Assembly (NCBI GenBank): GCA_039028615.1
Contig: JBCCHT010000086.1
Span: 1-12,729 of the forward strand
Length of the DNA stretch: 12,729 nucleotides
Direction: 5' to 3'
Source: Myxococcota bacterium
Lineage (GTDB): Bacteria; Myxococcota_A; Polyangia; Nannocystales; Nannocystaceae
The translations under genes were made by a program, and so were the position numbers. The notes under the pieces are model-generated. The model ran no database searches and had not been told where the DNA came from. It saw only the letters and a program-made list of their open reading frames with translations. Below are positions 7,985 to 12,729 of this stretch, one piece after another (the stretch's first letter is position 1; every line of letters begins with the position of its first letter).

Positions 7985-9298
7985 ATGAGCACGGGGCCGA
8001 CCGCGATCGTCGTAGGAGCCGGAATCGCCGGCCTCACCGCGGCGTTTCGCCTCCAGCAAGCAGGCTTTGCCGTGCGCGTGCTCGAGGCGGAGGCGGTCGT
8101 CGGCGGCCGCATGAGCTCGATCGAGTTCGGCGGCTTCGTGATGAACCGAGCGGCCACCGTGCTGCCAGGCTCCTACCGGGCCATCCTCGAGCTCGCGGCG
8201 GAGGTCGGCTTCGAAGGACTCGAGCGCTTCGACGGGACCATCGGCATCGTGCGGGACGGCGTGATCCATCGGATGCGCTCCGATCATCTCGCGCTCGATG
8301 GCTTCCGTACCAAGCTGCTGTCGTGGATGAGCAAGCTACGACTGAGTCGACTCGCCTTCGATGCGCTGCGCATCCGGGGCAAGCTCGGGCACGACGACAT
8401 CAGCGTGGCCGCCCCCTTCGACACGCAGACGGCCGAGGAGTACGGCGCGCGACACTTCAACGACGAGAGCCGGGAGTACGCGATCCGCCCCGTCATCCGC
8501 GGCTTGGCCCCCGACGCGTCCATCGTCGAGTTCTTCAATGCGTCCATCAACATCCTCGGGGCGGGCTTCATTCGGTATCCGGGGGGCATCGGTTTTCTGA
8601 CCGAAGCGCTCGCGCAACGGCTCTCGGTGACGACGGAGGCCCGCGTCCTCCCGGTTCGGCGCGAGGGTGAGCGCGCCCGCGTGCAGTGGGAGCACGCGGG
8701 CGAGGTCCATGCCGCGGACGTCGATGCCTGTGTGCTCGCGGTGCCCTCCGTCGTGGCTGCGAAGCTCCTGGCCGACGCGGACCCTGGCCTCTCGGAGCTG
8801 CTGTCGAAGTCGCTGCGTTACACCACCGCCTTCGTCGCACACTTCGGGCTCTCGTGCGCTCCCGCGGAGCCCTCCATGTTCTTGATGCTGCCGAAGTCCG
8901 AGGATCCCGGGATGTACTCCCTGGTCTTCGACCACAACCTGCAGCCCGACCGTGTGCCCGAGGGTAAGGGATTGCTGGCGACCAGCTGGGAGCACGACTG
9001 GTGCGAGCAGCGGCTGGAGTCGAGCGACGACGAGCTGATCGAGCAGATGTTGCCTTCGGTGGAAGCACTCGTGCCCGAGGTCCGCGAGCACCTCGAGTTC
9101 ACCCGCGTTCATCGTTGGCGACCCGGCGTGTTGCGAGGCTCGCCCGGCTACTGCACGGCAATCGCCGAGCTCGTCGAACGACTCGAACAAAGCGGCCCGG
9201 TGCAGCTAGCGGGGGACTTCTTCACCACCTCGAGCACCGATGGAAGCGTGGTCTCGGCCGAGCGCGCGGTGACCCGACTGATCGATCGCATGGGGTGA
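7985..9298 (+). CDS. FAD-dependent oxidoreductase, protoporphyrinogen oxidase (HemY)-like / flavin amine oxidase superfamily, 437 aa
   Basis: N-terminal VVGAGIAGLTAA (GxGxxG), EAEAVVGGRM, central YPGGIGFLTEALA and C-terminal LAGDFF. ATG 7985 follows the upstream stop after a 4-nt gap. Substrate is not assignable. Confidence 0.88.
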   Translation: MSTGPTAIVVGAGIAGLTAAFRLQQAGFAVRVLEAEAVVGGRMSSIEFGGFVMNRAATVLPGSYRAILELAAEVGFEGLERFDGTIGIVRDGVIHRMRSDHLALDGFRTKLLSWMSKLRLSRLAFDALRIRGKLGHDDISVAAPFDTQTAEEYGARHFNDESREYAIRPVIRGLAPDASIVEFFNASINILGAGFIRYPGGIGFLTEALAQRLSVTTEARVLPVRREGERARVQWEHAGEVHAADVDACVLAVPSVVAAKLLADADPGLSELLSKSLRYTTAFVAHFGLSCAPAEPSMFLMLPKSEDPGMYSLVFDHNLQPDRVPEGKGLLATSWEHDWCEQRLESSDDELIEQMLPSVEALVPEVREHLEFTRVHRWRPGVLRGSPGYCTAIAELVERLEQSGPVQLAGDFFTTSSTDGSVVSAERAVTRLIDRMG

Positions 9299-9471
9299 GC
9301 GAGCCGAGTCGCACGATCCCGGACGGCCGATAGCCGCCAGGGGAACGTCGATTTCAGTCGAGTCTCTGATTTTTTACTTTGTCGCGTCACGCCCCGCGGC
9401 GACGCCGTCCAGGGATGGGTACCTCCGTCGCCGTGCCCCACGCGCGGTCGATGAACAGGAGACCCACCATC

Positions 9472-10749
9472 ATGCGACGTTTCAATTTCAGCGCCCCCCT
9501 GACGACGGTCCCCGTGGCCGCGATCGCCTGGTTTTCCCTCACCTCGACATCCATGGCCGCGGATGTCGGCCGGGTGACTCGCTTCGACGCTCCCGTGCCC
9601 ACCCCGACGGTCGTGCAGACCAATAGCCGGGTGGGCGTCGACTTTGCCGTGGAAGCGGAGTTCGATCCGAACGACCCCTTCGAATGTCGATGCGTGGAGT
9701 ACCGCCAGCAGGTCCGGGGCAAGTTCACCAAGGACGGCAACAAGCTACGGCACATGCTCACCCTCGATGACCCCGACAACCCGGGCAGCACGAAGGAAGT
9801 GGAGATGTCCGAGACCGATTTCCTGCCCGACTCTCCCGACTACGGCAACGGCCGCGTGCGCTACGGGCATCGAGGCGAGGCCAAGTCCGCGACCGAGAAC
9901 TACACCAACGGAGGAACCGGGACGAACGCCAACGACGAGAATCGGGCAACGGGATGCAAGTACGCGCTCACCGACGGGCCCGGGATCACGAACCTGCAGC
10001 CGGGTCACACGTACGTCGTGGACCTCGACTTCGCCGGAACGACCCTCGGTGTGTGCGAGGCCTGTGACACCTGCGTGAGCAAGACCTGGGAAGCCAACGC
10101 TACCCACACGACCCCGGCCGCACCCGCTCCGGGTGGCGGAGGAGGCGGAGGCGGAGGCGGAGGCGGAGGCGGATGCAACATCGGCAGCGATGCGCCCAGT
10201 CCCGCCCCGTTCATGATGTTGGGCTTGCTTCCGCTGCTGGCCTGGAGGCGACGCTACACTGCGATGGCCTTGTCTGGGCTCGTGGCTCTTTCGGTGAGTG
10301 GATGCGTGGGCGGAACTTCTGGAACGAGTAGCGCGGGTGGCGGTGGTGGTGGCGGGAGCTCGACGCCGGGCTCGTCGGCGTTCGGCCCCGGCAACTGGAC
10401 GATCCTCAACCCGGTACGGACCGGCTTCGCGGGCAAGGAGGCCTCGGGCGTCAGAGCATTGCCAGCCCTGACGGTGGGCGACAACGGCATCATGGTCGAC
10501 GTTCAGATGGCCGCGCCCGGTGACGGCCCCGGTGCGCCAGTGGGCTCCGATCTGAGCATGCAGGTGCGCGTCGGCGGGTCCAACGTGGCCGAGCTCGAGG
10601 GCCCCGGCAGCGGCCCGGTGCTCTCCGTTCAGGGCGCCGCGCATCCGGTTTGGTACTTCGCGCGAGGCACGGGCGATGTCGAGCTACTCGAGTTCACCTA
10701 CAAGGGCGACTCGATCGTGTGGAAACCGGCGGAAGGTACCCCCCTGTAG
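9472..10749 (+). CDS. Secreted 425-aa protein with an internal MYXO-CTERM-like signal followed by a second, lipoprotein-type signal and domain
   Basis: AGGAG RBS (9457-9461); Sec signal MRRFNF…TSMAA; Cys-containing domain; G14-C-NIGSDAPSPAPFMMLGLLPLLAWRRR; then YTAMALSGLVALSVSG-C, a Gly/Ser tether and a ~115-aa domain. Confidence 0.85.
   Translation: MRRFNFSAPLTTVPVAAIAWFSLTSTSMAADVGRVTRFDAPVPTPTVVQTNSRVGVDFAVEAEFDPNDPFECRCVEYRQQVRGKFTKDGNKLRHMLTLDDPDNPGSTKEVEMSETDFLPDSPDYGNGRVRYGHRGEAKSATENYTNGGTGTNANDENRATGCKYALTDGPGITNLQPGHTYVVDLDFAGTTLGVCEACDTCVSKTWEANATHTTPAAPAPGGGGGGGGGGGGGGCNIGSDAPSPAPFMMLGLLPLLAWRRRYTAMALSGLVALSVSGCVGGTSGTSSAGGGGGGGSSTPGSSAFGPGNWTILNPVRTGFAGKEASGVRALPALTVGDNGIMVDVQMAAPGDGPGAPVGSDLSMQVRVGGSNVAELEGPGSGPVLSVQGAAHPVWYFARGTGDVELLEFTYKGDSIVWKPAEGTPL
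10132..10173 (+). repeat. Poly-Gly14 tract containing (GGAGGC)5
   Basis: GGT GGC GGA, then GGAGGC x5 (10141-10170), then GGA; in frame. Confidence 0.9.
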
Positions 10750-10844
10750 GCCCGGCCACGAGGGCCGAGCAGGCGCGGAGTGAATCGCGGAGCTCTGGAT
10801 GAAAAAGAGTCCGCACATCCGCGGACATCTGGAGAACCCCTCTA

Positions 10845-12239
10845 GTGATGACGCTCTTCGCTGCTCGCTCGGCCTCGCTCGTTTTGTTGTTCCCCCTGGC
10901 CGCCTCGTCGCTCGGTTGCGTGCAGGTCGTCGACTTCGGCGGTGCAGACACGGAGACGGACACCGATCCGGTGGCGAGCACCAACCCCGCCGCCACCCCG
11001 AACCCGAGTGCCGACGACGGTACCGGCTCTTCGGCGACGACGAGCACACCCGAGGACTCTACGGGCGACACCGGATCCAGCAGCGACGAAACGGGAGGCA
11101 CGCCGGTCGACCCCCCCGACGGCGGCGGTGCGATCTGGCCCGCGCCGCTGGGCGCGGCGGTCCACGGCATCGCGCCGCTGGACGACGGCGGCATGGTCGT
11201 CGTGGGGCGGGTGGAGAACGAGCAGGGGCGGTTCGGAGCCGTGCGTGTGCTCGATGCCGCCGGAAAAGTCGTGCACGATCATGCCCCCGCCGAGCTCGAG
11301 GATCTGTATTTGTGGGACGTGTGCGTGCGCCCCGACGGCAGCCTCTTGGCGATCGGGATCGTGGCGGACTCCGACGGGACCGACTTCGAGAACAAGGCGT
11401 ACGCGGTCTTTCTCGATGACACGGGCGCGGTCCTGTCGACGGACGTCTACGACCCCTTTTTTGTGTACCTCGACTATGTGTCGATGGTGGACATGCCACG
11501 CCTGGTCTGCAACGGGAAGGAACGCGCCTGGGCGGTGCTGTCGTATCTCAACGAAAAAGGGCGAGAGCCACTCTTCACGCTGGCGATCGAGTCGAAGGGC
11601 TTCGGCAACCAGGGGCAGGGCGCCTGGCACTACGGACAGAGCGCTCTCATCGGGATGGGTGGCGACCCCACGGGGGGCTACCACTACGCCGTGAACGCCG
11701 AGGTGTACCCCAAGGACGTGCTGCGCGTGATGTGGCAGAACCACTCCGCGGATGGGCTCGTGGGCCATACCAACTCCATTCACTCCCCCGAGCTTCCGGG
11801 CGAAGACTCGCTGCCTCTCGCGTTTCATGCAGTCGGTGAGCGCGGTGTCGTCCTCGGTTCGGACGCGCCGACCGACACCCACTGGCTGGTCGCCTACGAT
11901 CTCGAGGGCAACGAGCTTTGGCGCACCGATGACCTCCCCGCCCCCTCCGAAGCCTGGCACCCCCAGCAGATGGGCGTGGCGAGCGATGGCCGAGTCGCGA
12001 TCGCAGGATGGGCCGGACCCGATACGCAGCAAGCCGTGAGCCTGCTGGTCTTCGACGCCGACGGCAGTCGCTCGTGGTCGGCCGAGTACGACGACCTGGA
12101 AAAACCCGGGTACTCACCGAGCCACCTGGAGGTCGGTGAGATCGTGGTGACCCCTGACCGCATCGATCTCGGCGGGAGTTTCCGGCCGTTCGCGGACGAG
12201 GACACGACCTACGGCTGGATCCTTCGCATCGACGGCTGA
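10845..12239 (+). CDS. Lipoprotein with Ser/Thr/Asp-rich tether and probable beta-propeller domain, 464 aa
   Basis: GGAG at 10831; lipobox SSLGC; low-complexity DTETDTD…TGDTGSSSDETGG; repeated blades such as DDGGMVVVG, PDGSLLAIG, YDLEGNELW, SDGRVAIAG, FDADGSRSW. Confidence 0.85.
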   Translation: MMTLFAARSASLVLLFPLAASSLGCVQVVDFGGADTETDTDPVASTNPAATPNPSADDGTGSSATTSTPEDSTGDTGSSSDETGGTPVDPPDGGGAIWPAPLGAAVHGIAPLDDGGMVVVGRVENEQGRFGAVRVLDAAGKVVHDHAPAELEDLYLWDVCVRPDGSLLAIGIVADSDGTDFENKAYAVFLDDTGAVLSTDVYDPFFVYLDYVSMVDMPRLVCNGKERAWAVLSYLNEKGREPLFTLAIESKGFGNQGQGAWHYGQSALIGMGGDPTGGYHYAVNAEVYPKDVLRVMWQNHSADGLVGHTNSIHSPELPGEDSLPLAFHAVGERGVVLGSDAPTDTHWLVAYDLEGNELWRTDDLPAPSEAWHPQQMGVASDGRVAIAGWAGPDTQQAVSLLVFDADGSRSWSAEYDDLEKPGYSPSHLEVGEIVVTPDRIDLGGSFRPFADEDTTYGWILRIDG

Positions 12240-12244
12240 GCGAG

Positions 12245-12729
12245 TCAGTCGGCGGCCGGGCACACCGTCATCGCATGGCGAGCGATGTTGGAATCCGGGT
12301 AGCGTCGCAGCAAGAGCCGGGCCTCGCCGCGCGCCTGCGGCGTCCTGCCCAGCGCGCACAAGACTTCGACCCTCAGGGCGGACCGCACCTCGTCGAAACC
12401 GCCCTCGGGGAACGAGCGTGCGTGGGCCTCGAGAAGCGCCAGGGCGGCTTGGGGTCGACCGTCCTTGAGCGCACGACGGGCTGCGGCGAGGCGACGCGCG
12501 CACTCGCCGTCATCGGGAGGTGGACGTGCCGCGGGAGTCGGCGTCGGCCTCGGACGAGCTTCGGGGTTCGGAGAAGACGTGGGGTCCACCGCCCTGGGAT
12601 CGGGCGCGTCCTTGGTGGGAGGCGGGGACGCTGACATCGCGTCGCCATTGCGCCGTCGCTCCGGCTCCTCGCCATCGGTGGGTGCGTCGCTCGAAGCCAC
12701 GACCGCCGGAGGCTCGCCTTCACGCGACG
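12245..12729 (-). CDS. C-terminal part of a protein with Pro-rich linker and TPR/BamD-like helical domain (type commonly encoded after ECF sigma factors in myxobacteria)
   Basis: Frame is open to the right edge; motif LAAARRALKDGRPQAALALLEAHARSFPEG…ALRVEVLCALGR…RYPDS. The anti-sigma role is inferred; no sigma gene lies in the window. Confidence 0.8.
   Translation of the reverse strand, partial: SREGEPPAVVASSDAPTDGEEPERRRNGDAMSASPPPTKDAPDPRAVDPTSSPNPEARPRPTPTPAARPPPDDGECARRLAAARRALKDGRPQAALALLEAHARSFPEGGFDEVRSALRVEVLCALGRTPQARGEARLLLRRYPDSNIARHAMTVCPAAD

Noticed and set aside
7985..9298. Flavoprotein as a tailoring enzyme of a terpene cluster
   Set aside because: About 4 kb away, opposite strand, separated by unrelated genes, and with different GC; no evidence of linkage.
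10244..10266. Internal translation start (GGAGG…ATG 10264) for domain B
   Set aside because: SD-ATG spacing of 15 nt is too long, and the resulting signal peptide would lack a basic n-region; not fully excluded.
5875..12032. Long antisense or overlapping ORFs (5875..6657, 7330..8157, 8336..9190, 9745..10644, 10842..12032)
   Set aside because: Shadow frames of well-supported genes on the opposite strand.
1..12729. CRISPR array, transposase, integrase or reverse transcriptase
   Set aside because: No regularly spaced repeats and no such catalytic motifs seen in any ORF.

Overview
GC-rich accessory region whose gene content (Gly/Ser/Thr-tethered lipoproteins, a MYXO-CTERM-like signal, a TPR-like anti-sigma-type C-terminus) points to a myxobacterium, probably Nannocystaceae-like; this is inference. 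The left part (1-~5200) is patchy and lower in GC. It holds gene debris, a two-domain hypothetical protein, a decayed tRNA-Asp copy with a terminator-like hairpin (possible integration scar), a STAS/SEC14-like protein converging on an orphan class I terpene synthase, and a 1.1 kb intergenic stretch with a perfect 20-bp palindrome and direct repeats. The right part encodes a multidomain trypsin-like lipoprotein protease, a C-terminally anchored surface protein, a HemY/amine-oxidase-family flavoprotein, two secreted/lipoproteins and the end of a TPR-like protein. The best candidate for something new is ORF 9472-10749. It has an internal MYXO-CTERM-like sorting signal followed directly by a second, lipoprotein-type signal peptide that shares the same RRR cluster, suggesting a polyprotein processed into two separately membrane-anchored surface proteins. 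All calls come from reading motifs by eye; no searches were run.
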